A stretch of DNA of 64,000 bases from Calcarisporiella thermophila CBS 279.70 (GCF_041956535.1 NW_027192194.1:674545-738544), one strand, 5' to 3'. Numbered from the stretch's first letter, positions 40,158 through 52,787 are shown. Program-made: numbers and translations. The notes: generated by a model not told the origin, from the letters alone.

Positions 40158-40670
40158 ATGGCTACTATTAGACCAAAAAATGCTGAGGGCTACCCTCCTG
40201 TTAGCGAAGAGCTGGAGCTGCCTCTTATCGAGGCTGAAGATCTGGCCAAGACCATCCGCGAGGGCGATAAAGATGTGCTTGTAGTCGATTGTAGGCGGAA
40301 TGATTTTGCGGTTAGAATTGGTTTTGCTGCAATCGAAACACAATTAAGGCTCCATTTCTTTCTGTAATAACAACAGGGAGGGCATGTCAAAGGAGCTATC
40401 AACGAGCCAGCGCAATCATTCGCGGAACGTGCTGAACTTCTTGCTCAAAGCATACCACAGAAAAAGGTAGTTTTTTACTGCATGTCCTCAAATGGCCGCG
40501 GACCTCGTTGTGCGGGATATTACCAGCAGGCATTGAATAATCTCGGAATCAAAGATAAAAAAGCTTACGTGTTGAAGGGGGGAATCTTGAAGTGGGTAAA
40601 GAATTTCAGCAATGAAGATGACCTAACCGAAGGATATGACGAAGACTGGTGGAAACAACAGTCCAACTAA
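40158..40670 (+). CDS. ACR2: Cdc25/rhodanese-fold arsenate reductase (Acr2/Ych1-like), 2 exons
   Basis: VVDCRRNDFA|GGHVKGAINEPAQSF...VVFYCMSSNGRGPRCA (CX5R)...VLKGGILKWV; divergent from ACR3. Confidence 0.85.
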
Positions 40671-40973
40671 TTTTGATCGTTTCTCCCTTTTTTTTACTTA
40701 TGTTTGGTTCAATAAATACATACAAATATTTGCTATTCAAGTGCTAATTTTGATATCTGTTTAAAGAGCTGCATCCGAGGAGTGCTAAGACATAATATTT
40801 CGACGGCATTTTATGCCTTAGATACAACAATTTATCACTTGGCGCTGATATGCTAGACTGTGAGCAATCCAATATGGAAATATTATTTAAATAAAAAAGA
40901 GAATATAATACACTCTTTGAAGTAATTAAATCTTGTTTAAAGGGTGAGATATATAGCTTTCTAAGCGATAGCA

Positions 40974-43900
40974 TCATCCACCGAAGACGAGTCGCAGGAT
41001 TAAATAAGTGACACAGCCCAAAAATCTCACTGCACTCAGGAAAGCCACGGCCCAGAATATAAACTAAGAAAACAAGACTCAATTATGCGCAGATAAGGTT
41101 GGGAAATGCATTTATAGTTACCGTTAAATAAGGATTAAAGCCTCTTCTCACGTCTTGGTTATTCGAGATTAGATCGTTGAACCAATCACTGGTCATGGTA
41201 ATGATGAGCAGCGCGTTTGAGAAAGCCCAGCTTAACACGAGATTGGTACGGAACAGCTTATAGTAGTCCTCCTGTTTTGTTTTCGCATCACGCTTCTGCT
41301 CTTTTTTCACTTCAGGGACCGAGAGCTCGCGCAACATCTCTTCATAGGCAGCACTGATATCATGCTGTTCCACCGGCATCTCGACTCGAACGATTTGCTT
41401 ACCACTCTCAGATTTCGTCACTGGTGCCGCCCCAAGACTAGCTGCGTTGTTATCGCCCTTTGTGCCCCACGAGACGTCATGGGTATTGCAAAATGCATAT
41501 ACCATCAGGATATTGATGTAGGAGGGCATAAGCAGGAGATATTGCAAAAATGAAGTGAACATATGCCAGGGCTCCAGGTGCAAAAACGAGGCGACAAAGT
41601 AGAGAAGGTAGGTCGAACCAAGGGATATGACAATATCACGGAAAACAGGTGAGGTGCGCAATAAAACAAGAGTCTGCTTCCAGCCTTCGAGCGTCTTTGG
41701 CACTGAATGGTAAATCGTGAAGCCGGAAACGTAGAACTAATCAACGAAGTAGGTTATGTATCAGCATCATTAGGGGGACATACCAGTTGCCTACCATAAT
41801 CATCATAATCACGCCAAAGAGCACAACACAAATTCGATACAGCCACTTGGATCCTTGAGGACGATTGCCCAAAGCAGAAATAAAGATGATCACGATAACC
41901 TAAATGTAGACAGAGGTCGGTCAGAGCCATCCATTTAGAGTAGAGCATCACGTGTCTCGTGTATACCATAATGTAGAGGTTTCGCATGACTGGAAAAATC
42001 TTCTCCCCATACGTGAAAAATGGGTCAGGCACCCCTGTGTCTATTTGCCTTGTTATTTCTTGCCCGTTGATTTTCTCGGTGATCTTGATGGGGAAAGATG
42101 CCTTCCCGAGGAAGAAGAACGCTAGATAGAAGTTAGCCTAGGAGAGATAAATGATTAATCACCACACCATAATGCGATTGAATATATGGTCTACCAGCGC
42201 AAACCAATTGAAGAGCAGATTGATTCCATTATAAAAGAATTCAAACGTCAACAGCAGCTTTCTAAAGAAATTGTGTCCAGAATTGTAGATTCGGTAAAAG
42301 TGCAATGTGCCATAGACTGCTGCAAAAAATGATCCATTCAGCCATCTTCTTCGTTGTGAGATGAACTCGGGGAGGTTGTCGGGAACATCGGTCTCAGCCT
42401 TAGCGGATTTAACATACTTAAGAAGCCACGCCTCATTTCGTTTAGCGACAAGCTCGAAACATAAGATGCGGTCTTCAGCAAGGTACATGTTAGCTTCGAA
42501 TATCCCGGCGTCAGTCGCGCCACCGTGCAATTGTTCGCCTTTGAAGTATGAGGCTAGGGGGCCAACGCCAGGAGCTGAATCCTTAAGTGCGCGATACCGA
42601 TAGGCTGAAAAGGCTCCGGGAAGCACGGAGATGTATCCGAAAACGGATTCGAGAGGCTTATCCAGGATGTTCGACATTTTATATTCGAAATTTTGCGAGG
42701 CAACCAGCGGGTTGAGTAGATTAGTCCAGCCCCGACCGAGCTCGGCGCAGATCTCACCGCAAGCACCTCCCACGTTAGGATTGCGATCAAAGGCTGTAAC
42801 AAGATTGCGTAAGACCATAAAATTGCTTTTCTATCTTCAATCAACACAAGCATACCCTTCCAGAGATGATAAATCGAAGTCGAGCTAGGCTTTGTCCCTA
42901 CGTCCAGCAAGATGCAGACGTGCGGGTTAAGCAGTGGAGCAAAAGCGTTGAAAAACCATCGATGCGAGTTCAGTTTCTTCTTGTTCTGCTCCTTTAGGCA
43001 GAACAGGACTTGTACAGGGACAGCACACTTGTCTGAGCCGTGCACTTGCATCTTGGTATCGAGCATGGTCTGCACTGTATATTCAAACAGGTGGCCCGTG
43101 ACAGGTTTCCCGGCAACCTCAGACTTGGCGATGCCCTCCTGGTAAACCCCCATTGCTCCCAGGACTTTGAGAACGCGCGGGTTTATCTTGTTACGGCCAT
43201 CGGAGACAATGCATGCCACGATCTTCTGCCACCCGTCTTGTCCCCATGTCTTGGACCGCGACCGACTACAGAGGTGCATTACGTTCTTGATGACGGAATT
43301 CATTGTTTTGAGAAATAGCTCCTCATCCTCCTACGGAATAAAAAGAGGCTTGGTTTAGAACTCATCCAAGAGAGACCCGGATAGACTCCGTACATTATAC
43401 ATGGTCATCACAATGAAAATCTCGGTTTTCCTTCTATACAAGTAAGGGCGGAGAGTGTATCTCTCATTAATAAAATCGTCGGGATCGCAAGTGACAGCGG
43501 TGTATCGCATATATTGGAACTCTTCTCCCTGGGTATATCTCACATTACGTAGCACCTTCTCTGGAACTGGACAGTCGAGAACTAGATTCCCTTGCACAAG
43601 CTCTACATGGCGAAATGACTAGGAGGAAAAACGAAACAGCTTATATGAGCTTTCAATATAGTTGGCACGCAGAGCGAGTAAGCAAAATACCTGTCGATTT
43701 TTAGCACGCTGTGCTCTCTGGCGTTGCTCATACTCCATATCAATTCGGTGTTCATTCCCACTATATTGATTCCTACGGTAATTAGGCGAGGTATTATGGC
43801 TTGGATATGCACCAGGTGAGTGATTATCCACGGAGTATCCCGTTGAAGAGTTGCTCATCGGTTCTGGAGCGCGGTGCTGGACCATGGCAATATGCTCACT

Positions 43901-44101
43901 GTCGTTGGTGAAGAAAGAATATTGGTCATCTTGCTGCTGATAGTCATAAGTGCGCTGATGATGACGGTGATGGTCGCGAGTCGTTTGGCGAGGGGGATAG
44001 CCGCCTCTTCCACCCGAGTGCGAGTGCAGCGGTGACGGTGGCTTTTGAGAATGGTAACCTGCATTATAGGCGCCATCCAAAGGAGTGTTCATATAAGACA
44101 T
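40974..44101 (-). CDS. CHS: Chitin synthase (GT2, division 1), multi-exon
   Basis: [13 protein letters not shown]; TMYNE; [11 protein letters not shown]; [33 protein letters not shown]; LAEDRIL; QRRRW; HDVSWGTKG. Confidence 0.97.
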
Positions 44102-44970
44102 GTTATTGGGTATATTAAGGGATAGTAATTCACGAAATAAATAGAAATTAAGAGGAAACGAATCGAATTGTTAGGAGAGGAGTAATACGACAACCATCAG
44201 TGGTGAATTGAAATTAGCATCCATAAAGCTTTGTGGACCAGGCCAGTAAATGTCTTTGACTAAAGGATGATACTGGGGAGGCAGAAATGGGTATTGACGC
44301 GAATAAAGAAGGGATGGGGGCGAGAGGATTGTGTAGAGGATTATAGGAGTATTGGAAATGCGCGTGGAGTCCAAAGTTACAGTTTCTTCGAGACAGACGA
44401 GGATACCCGGCGTCAAATTAGGAAGGGGAAGAATGATAACCGCAAAGGTGGCACAGAACCTTAATTCCACACCTTGGCTTCTAGATTGGTCTCCTCATTT
44501 AGAGAATAACAATAATATACTCAACTATAGAAGCTCTGAAGACTGGCTACGAATTAGAGCTTGGATGGCCCTCTGTTAACATTCTTGGGCAGTTGTGCTT
44601 TTAGTGCCAGCGAGCGTACAAAATTTAGATTGTGCGGAACATAACTGTCTATAAATATAACCTCGTGGTTACACACAAAACACGCAAACAATTCAATGCA
44701 GAGCCTATGACGTCGATGAGTAACGTCACCGGGTGCAACTCTACGATCTCACCGGGCTTTCTCCCTCCCCCCTCTCCAAAACCTCCCGCTCCTTTCCCCA
44801 AAAAAAGATATATCCCATTTGAAGATAGTCCAGTGTGTCAATAAAAGTTATTATTGCCATTCCGGAAGCCTCCTCCCCTCCTGGCCCAATTATCTCTGGA
44901 AAAGGGGATTTTACGAAGATAGCTTGCTCTGATCCCCCTCCTGTGTTCACGATTGGGTCTTGTGCTCACT

Positions 44971-46025
44971 ATGGAACGAGACATACAAATGGACGAATTC
45001 TACGACGGTAGGTGCTGTCTGTTAATTTACCAGTCTTAATCCACTCTCCAAAGTTGAATGTTGTGCTAATCTTTAGACATAGCTAATGAGAGCGAATTTG
45101 AATGCGACTCTTGGATAGAGTGGTTCTGCGTGCGCACGGGAGGCTACTTCGTGGAGGTCCCTGAGGAATTCATCGAGGACGAGTTCAATCTTACCGGTCT
45201 TGCCAATCTTGTGCCTTACTATCGTGATGCTCTCGAAATGATTCTGGACATTGAATCGGACGAGGACAACTACGGCGCGCCAGACGAAACCCTTGTAACG
45301 CAGAGCGCAGAGTTGCTCTATGGCCTTATCCATCAACGATATATCATAACAAGAGCAGGGCTGGAAGACATGGTAAATCCATTACAATGGTTGCTCTATC
45401 CCCGTACTAAACGAACACACGTATGTATTTGGGTGACTAGCTGAACAAGCTTGAGCAGGGTCATTTCGGAACTTGCCCAAGAGTCTTTTGCCGGAGGTGC
45501 ATCGTTGTTCCGTGTGGGAGATACGATTACCCAGGACTCGACACTCTCAAGCTGTACTGCCCAAACTGCCAAGATCTCTATAACCCAACCAACTCACGCT
45601 ATTCCACCATCGATGGTAAGCATTCTCGCGTCCCCCTCCATTCTTGCGCCTCATCAATGATCGTCTCTGATCCCTTCTTCTAAGGTGCCTATTTTGGGAC
45701 GACCTTTCCCCACCTCTTCTTTCATACATATCCTGAGCTCCTCCCTAAAACGAATACAAACAAATGCTATGTTCCGCGCATCTTTGGATTCAGGGTCTCC
45801 GAAAAAAGTAGGTCTGGTCCGCGAATGGAATGGTTGCGGAAGAAGCCATTGGAAAAGGGTGAGCTAGACAAAGTTGAGAGCGACTATGAAAGCAGCGATA
45901 GGGAAATGCCCGACGGGACGCTAGAGGACGATGAAGAAAGGGATAATTTAGATGACATTGAAGAAGACACAAAGAACACGAGCGAAAATACGCAACTTGG
46001 CACGCAGCATCGTGTGAATAGATAA
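44971..46025 (+). CDS. CKB: Casein kinase II regulatory beta subunit, 4 exons
   Basis: SWIEWFC...[16 protein letters not shown]; [13 protein letters not shown]; FGTCPRVFC; [11 protein letters not shown]; [14 protein letters not shown]; YVPRIFGF; acidic tail. Confidence 0.96.
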
Positions 46026-46403
46026 GCATGAATAAGCTCTATGAATCGCCGTCCCCTCCGACAGCCACCCAAGACTACCAAGCAATAACATTCCCTTCTT
46101 GGTCTCCCTTTCCCCCACTTACTATCTCTAAGTATCCTCCCATCACCTGCATCATCCTCTTGCAATCAAAAAGAAAAGTGCTTCTCTTCCCTCCCCCCCC
46201 CCCCCCCACAATAATTTGAGCCGAATGAGGAGCAATATGGACACTTTTCATGATATATATTATTTCTGATTATTCTATTTTTTTTTTGTAAATATGTTTG
46301 TGGATGTAAGTTCTGAAAAATAAAATGGAAAAAAATAACCATTTTATTATCATTATTGTCAATATTATTCACAAGTTAAAATCCGAAAAGCGCCCTCGCT
46401 CCT

Positions 46404-48729
46404 CTAGTTGTCAGCAATTTCCTGCTGGACAAACTCGGGGTACTTCTTGATCACCTCGTCCCAAGTCGTTGTCTCTTCGCAGAGCTCTTTAAGCAGCTGC
46501 AAGATAACATCCGATTTTTCACGGATTTGCTTGGTGGTATCACGCTCACGCAGAGTCACCGTGCCGTCCTGTACCGACTGGAAGTCGATGGTGACTGCGA
46601 ACGGCGTACCAAGCTCGTCATTGCGCGCGTACCTGCGGCCAATGGAGACACCCGAGTCGTCCACCTTGGATGTGATGCCGAGTTTGCGCAGCCGGGAGGA
46701 GAGTTCCTGCACCTTCGGGACAAAAGCCTTGTTGGAGCTCAGTGGAGTCAGGAGACACTTGAATGGGGCCACAATGGCGGGGAAGGAGAGCACCGCACGC
46801 TGTTCGTCGTCTTCACGAGTCCAGTACGAGTGCTCAATGAGCGAGTAGAGGATGCGGCCGATACCGAAGGATGGCTCGATGACGTTAGGAGTGTATTCGC
46901 GAACTGTCGAAGTGAGAGATGCGTAAGTTCAATCGCCTGAGATTATGCAAAAACCCCTCCTGCAATCAACGCCAACTTACCATGTTCGGTGACCTTGGCT
47001 TTCTCGATGGTGATCATGTCTGAGCTGACCTCATACACCGCACCATCGGTGCCGGTCACGTTGGCTTTGCCGCCGGCGCTATCCATCTGGGCCTTGAGGG
47101 CCTCGAGCTGAGCGTCCTCCAACGCTAAGAGGGCCTCCTCGACGGCCTTGGCGTTCTTCTTCAAGCGCGGGCCGAACACTTTCTTGTTCACCTCAAGCTG
47201 CCACCGTTCAACCACGAGGGGCTCGGGAAGATTCTCGCGCACAACAAGCTTCTCTTTGGTACGGCGGGAATGCATCGTCAGATCGAACGCGGAGCGGTCG
47301 GCACAGCCAACACACTCGATCCAGCCCTAAGTAACAAAAAAGAAATCCCACCATCAAACCCCCGGTCTTGAGCAACTCCAAATAAAAGCCACCTACATAG
47401 CTAGTGTGGATTTCTGCGTCCCAGCAGTCGCAGGCATAATGTGCCATCTCATTGCGCATGTGCTGACGGAACCGTAGCCTCTGGGTGTTGATACCGATCT
47501 TCTTGAGGAACAGGTAGATACGGACGAGGAAGTAGCCGAGAGTTTGGTTGTCTACCAGTTTCTTCTCCACCGCCTCCCCAATGGTGATTTCGATCGGCTG
47601 TGTGTTACCCGCGAGCTGCTCGTTTGCCGAGAGTAACCGCAGTGAGACGTGTTTGACCTCATCAAAGCGGGGATGGTCCTTCTTTAGGGGATCGACGTAG
47701 TGCTCGATTTCAGCCATGTTGAACTCGCTAAATCATACAAATGCTCTATTAACACCGATTTTTTTTCATCCCGCGAGCTCTTAGCAGCAAATATTTACCG
47801 CACACGGAGTAGACCGGACCGTGGAGAAATCTCGTTACGGAATGATTTGCCGATTTGGGCGCTTGCGAAGGGCATGCGGCCATTGTTGAACTCGAGCAGT
47901 TTCTTGAAGCAGAGGAACTGCCCCTGGGCGGTTTCGGGACGCAAATAGCTGTAAGGTGACCATGAGTCAAATGCGGGGAAACACAGCATAGCAATGTATC
48001 TAGTATCCTACCCTTTCAGCGTACCGGTAGGCCCGATCATCGACTCGAACATCAAATTAAACTCGACGGGCTCGGTGAGTTCGTTACCGCTCTCCGGGTT
48101 GGTGATATTATACTTTCTAATGAGCTCGCCAAGCTCTGGGCCAGAGTAGTTGTCAATCTACACAGTCGAGTAGGTTATCCATGGGTGAGATACAGATGTC
48201 ATCAATAGCATGAGATCGGGTGATGGATCATTACCTGGGCTAGGATGATCTCATACTCGGCGCGAATAGAGTCTTCAAGCTCCACGGCAGTGACTTTTCC
48301 GGCCTTCTTCTTCTTCTTGTCATCCTTCTTCTTCTCCTCTTCCGAGTTCTTCTCCTCCTTGACCTTTCGTGCAATCTTATCCCCCTCCAATCGTGCCTCG
48401 AGCACGGCTTCAACCAAGTGATCGGCGCGGAAAATTTCGCCCGTCACCTTGTCGCGTACCATCCAGTCGGCAAATTTGTCGACGTGGCCCGATGTCTTTA
48501 ATACCTCCGCAGGCGTGACAATGCTGCAGTCAACTTCAAGCATATCCTCCTCGATGACGAAATGATGCCGCCATAATTGCATGATGTTGGCCTGAAGAGC
48601 GCAGCCAGTTGGCCCGTAATCATACAAACCAGCAACACCGCCATAGATCTGGAAAGAGGGTGCATAGAAGAATCGTTTTGACATGAGCTGCTCGAGAGCA
48701 TTGCGGTCGAATTTTTTTTCGGCTGTCAT
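46404..48729 (-). CDS. GRS1: Glycyl-tRNA synthetase (eukaryotic alpha2 type), multi-exon
   Basis: [13 protein letters not shown]; SGHVDKF; YLRPETAQG; SFRNEISPR; [13 protein letters not shown]; [10 protein letters not shown]; [13 protein letters not shown]. Confidence 0.98.
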
Positions 48730-49639
48730 GATGTAGAAGTCGTCGTGGGCTTTGGTGTTTGAGACAATGGTTGACGAAAAGTAGTCCACTTATTTATAAT
48801 TTCTACACTCTGATTCATGCACAGCAAGTGTAAACAGAAATCATTGGCCACCAAATGAAAAAATTGGAAGTCATTTTCACTAAGATTTAGTAACCCATTA
48901 TGCACTGTATTTAGCCATATGCCCATCCCCCCACAGAGCTCTGTAGGGCAACTCGGCGCGATATCCATCCATGTTTTGCTCAATAACCGGCCATTATATG
49001 ATGGCACATGCGCAAAGCGTAGTAGCCATTCTATTTTTCCGTATTAGGAGCGTGTATATGTCCAGTGCTTGGTTTAAAATGAGCAGCTATTTTTCTGATG
49101 TTCTTTAGAAGAGCGCAATAAACCCTCCCGACAGATTTTACGTGATTTAATCACTTAAAAAAAAATTGGAGAGTTAGGCCGAATTCACGAGTAATCGCTT
49201 AAAAACTTAGTCGATGCCCTGAAAAATACACGTCTTTGACCAAAGCAGGAGGATCCGAAGTTATCAGATGTCTCTACTGATGAGCCAAGTTGGATTGGGG
49301 AGTTTAGAGCAACCCAAGGGCATGGGATCCCGCTATATTGGTTTTCAAGGGATATACGCAGCCATGAGTTAACTCAGTCAGGCTCTATTTTCTTAACTTT
49401 TAAGCCTACCACAGAAATAGGGAAATATTTAACGCAGCAAATGTTGGAGGGCTCACAAATGATTATCCGCCCAGCCTCTTGTAAACTCATCGGCACTTTC
49501 GTCATTCACTTGATAGTTCCATATTTCATTCATCACATTTTGTCACCGAGTAATATAAAATGAAGGACCACCGTTTCACCGTGCCTACGACTAGAGACAA
49601 AAATCCACCGCTTTCAATAGGAGAATCAACGTTATCAAG

Positions 49640-50464
49640 ATGGCCGCGGTTTCTTCGGTAGACAACGTCGAGAAATACTACGACTCCGACCCGCAACTTG
49701 AGTGGGATCGACTAGCGGTTTACCCCACCGAATTCCATGTCACCCTCCGCGTACTTCGAGACTCTCTCCCTCCCGCGCCTGCCCGCATCGCCGATATTGG
49801 CGGGGGACCCGGGCGCTACTCGTTGGAGCTCACTCGAAGAGGATATGACGTCACCCTGCTCGATCTGTCCTCGGCCAACTTAAAGCTTGCGAAAGAGAAG
49901 GCTGCCGAATTGAAAGTCGAATTGAAGGAAGTGATCCATGGGAACGCCCTGGATCTCCCCTTTGCTGATTCGTCGTTTGATGCTGTACTGTTACTTGGCC
50001 CGCTTTATCATTTCCATTCGCGAGAGCAAAGAGTCAAATGCTTACGCGAGACGCTACGCGTCGTGAAACCTGGTGGCCTCATCGTTGCCGCCTGGATTAA
50101 CCGCTTCAGCGTTTTCCGCGATTTTGCCAAACGTGACCCAGAATCTCTTCTTCAGAACCCATCGTTCTTGGATGTTGCCTCATCCCATGGGAAATATGAC
50201 CCGGCTATGCTTGGGGATTTCTTCTGCGATGCGTATTTTGCCCATCCAGATGAAATTGTCCCTGAGTGCGATGAGGCGGGGCTGGAGGTGGTGGAACGAG
50301 TGGGGGTGGAGGGGGTGGTTAGTCGCAACGACGAGAAAGTGAACCAGCTGAAGGGCGAGTCGTGGGAAAAGTGGGTCGACATCAACTACCGTCTGGGGAG
50401 GGAGCCGTCGATGCTGGGCGCCTCCGATCATATCGTGGCAGTGTGTCGCAAGAAGCCTGAATGA
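49640..50464 (+). CDS. Class I SAM-dependent methyltransferase, intronless
   Basis: Motif I IADIGGGPGRY; VTLLDLS; GNALDLPFADSSFDAVLLLGPLYH; RVVKPGG. TATAAAA at 49554-49560. Confidence 0.93.
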   Translation: MAAVSSVDNVEKYYDSDPQLEWDRLAVYPTEFHVTLRVLRDSLPPAPARIADIGGGPGRYSLELTRRGYDVTLLDLSSANLKLAKEKAAELKVELKEVIHGNALDLPFADSSFDAVLLLGPLYHFHSREQRVKCLRETLRVVKPGGLIVAAWINRFSVFRDFAKRDPESLLQNPSFLDVASSHGKYDPAMLGDFFCDAYFAHPDEIVPECDEAGLEVVERVGVEGVVSRNDEKVNQLKGESWEKWVDINYRLGREPSMLGASDHIVAVCRKKPE

Positions 50465-50683
50465 CAAGTCAGGGTCTATTGTCAAAGGAAAAAATCCTAA
50501 AAAAAAATGAATGTATTTCGAAGTGATTATCTATACACGGGTCGCCTATACAATACAAAGTTACACTCTTTAGATAAAATTACGGCACAAAGAAGAAAAC
50601 GAAACGATGAAATATTAGCAGTCAGAGAGAGTGTTCAAAAAAGGAAGAATAAAGGAGGGCGAAAAATAAGCAAAGAAATAAAT

Positions 50684-51765
50684 CTAGGAGCCGGCCCCAA
50701 TTTCTTGGGATATGGGGATGGGTAATGTCTCTACTCTTTCGCAGCCTTCGTCCAGCTCTTCCTCCTCATCGCTCGCCAAACCACGCCAAAGCTCCGGCAA
50801 TACACGCGGCAGGTCCTTTATATCCTCTATTTGAAAGTGGCCATGTTCCGACGGTAAATCCCCCAGATACACCCCAATCCATCCGAGGTCCATGGCCGCT
50901 CTCACATTCATGGCTGAGTCGTCCACGAGCAGACATCGCCGCGGATCCATGACGCCAGCCTCACGCATTGCTTGCTCGTAGAATCGAAACTCGGGTTTGC
51001 ATGCAAAGTTAGGAAGAGTATAGTCACAATAGGTGATTCCGTCAAACAGGTCATAAATGCCAAGGAGATTGAGGCAACGGATTGCGTGCTATATACATGA
51101 AGAGGATAACAAAGGTAAGTGTTACTCTAAAACAGGAAACGGGGAGGGGTTGGCCCTCTGAAAGGATGGACTGTTTACTGCTTGGCCAGCGTTGGTGAAG
51201 GCCCACTTCTTGACGCCCTTCAGGGTAGCCAACATTCGCCGCAGCTCCAAGTCTGGCGTGAGTATTTCCTCCAGGGGTAATCCCCCGTCGACTTCTAAAT
51301 CTATCGAGAAGAAGGAGGGGGAGGGAGTTTGTTGATGTTATAGATTAGCTCGCCTTGCAAAGAGAGGAAGGAGGCAAACTCACTGTACTGTGCAGGATCA
51401 ATTGTTCCGTGGTGTTGGAGCAAACCGCGAATGGTCAGGCCATACTCTCGGTAGTATCGAGTCTGCAATTTTCGGGCCAAATCCACAGAGATTTCCAAAT
51501 TCTTGCATATGTAGCGCTGGATCCTATTAAGGGGAAGAGGGAGAGAGAGAGGTGGGGTAAGGGTCAGCCTTGTGTGCTCGTCTTAGGTATTGAAACAAGG
51601 GCGCATATGTATATAGGTATATATATTCCTTTGGTGCATTAGCTCAAGAATCCCTGAATGTCGCGAGTAGAGACAGTTGTCGACATCGAAGAAGAAGACC
51701 GGCAATTCACCCTGGGGATTCTCGGCTAGTTCGACAATACGCCTAATCTGCTCGCGATCATTCAT
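50684..51765 (-). CDS. SDT1: Pyrimidine 5'-nucleotidase Sdt1/Phm8 (HAD superfamily), 4 exons
   Basis: FFFDVDNCLY; YYREYGLTIRGL; VDGGLPLE; WAFTNA; FDGITYCDY; CKP; VDDS..NV. The first intron appears to be GA-AG (see findings). Confidence 0.9.
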
Positions 51766-52787
51766 GTCCAAGATGAATCTGTCAAACGAAAAAAGAGGCC
51801 GTTTTTTCAAATCGGTGGAATCTTTCCTTGCCGAATCCTAGGCCAAATTCCAATTGCTTAATGCGTGATGCTATGATGATCGAGGTATGTGCCTGCGATT
51901 CGTCGCCGGGGGGATGATTTCTTTCTCCGGCACAGGCCAATGGCCCCAGCAGGTCGAGCCGCTGTGGAGCAGCCCCCATAGCAGAAATGCCCCTGATCGA
52001 ATCGGCCAAAGAGGCAAAAAAATTGCGCGAGGAAATGGAACTCGAGAGGGGGGCTTTAGTCGAAAAGGCCAGGGCACTGAAAATTAACGCTTGCGCGCGA
52101 AGCCCAAGAGTTGTGCAAAATGGGTGGCAAGAAACCACCCCCCCCCTCCTACACGTGACTGCACTGGAGCCTCGTTTTTAAGAGAGGGAATAAGGCGAAT
52201 ATTACCTCAGTTGCGTTCCCACCACATCCCCCGAAGTCGTAATTCAAAGCTGCTACCACCTCATCATCTTCTGGTGTTGGCACTCCAAAATACCCGCTTC
52301 TCTTTGCTATCTACCCACTCCTCTCTCATCCTCTTCCTTCTCCTATCGGCTCCCACCAACTCGCATTCCTCCTCTTTCCCTAACCAGCCCGCCATTCTTC
52401 GTCTTGGCAGGGGATAGGAGTTTGGAAGTGGTATAGATTGTTTCTTCTGTTAGCCTCCCCTTCTTTTCTACTCATATTTTCTAGAGCAATTGCTTATATT
52501 CTTATTCTCTATCCATTAATAAACTACATTGGTCCTCTCCCCCCCCCTCCACCTTCTTAGCTAGACCCGACTCGCCTCGACTCTCCCTTTGAGACAAGCA
52601 TCTTAATCACAAAGGCGTGTTCGGAGACGGGAGAGCAAGTGAAAGCCGAGTCTACGGATATTTATTCATCTAATAACTATTAATTTTCCCATCTTCTGGC
52701 CTCTCTCCGGTCTTTGGCTTCAGCCCCCCTTAATAATTCTCAATTGAACCGGCTTCATCCGGCCACCAGTCTTCTCCTGTAAAGCAA

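Noticed and set aside
49277-49330. CTGATGAG hammerhead-ribozyme core word
   Set aside because: No stem II followed by GAAA, and no flanking stems.
49640-50464. Methyltransferase as ArsM belonging to the arsenic cluster
   Set aside because: Lacks the N-terminal GCG-type cysteine motifs of ArsM and is separated from ACR2 by three unrelated housekeeping genes.
34766-51765. NPT1 and SDT1 as an NAD-salvage gene cluster
   Set aside because: About 15 kb apart with many unrelated genes between them; coincidence is likely.
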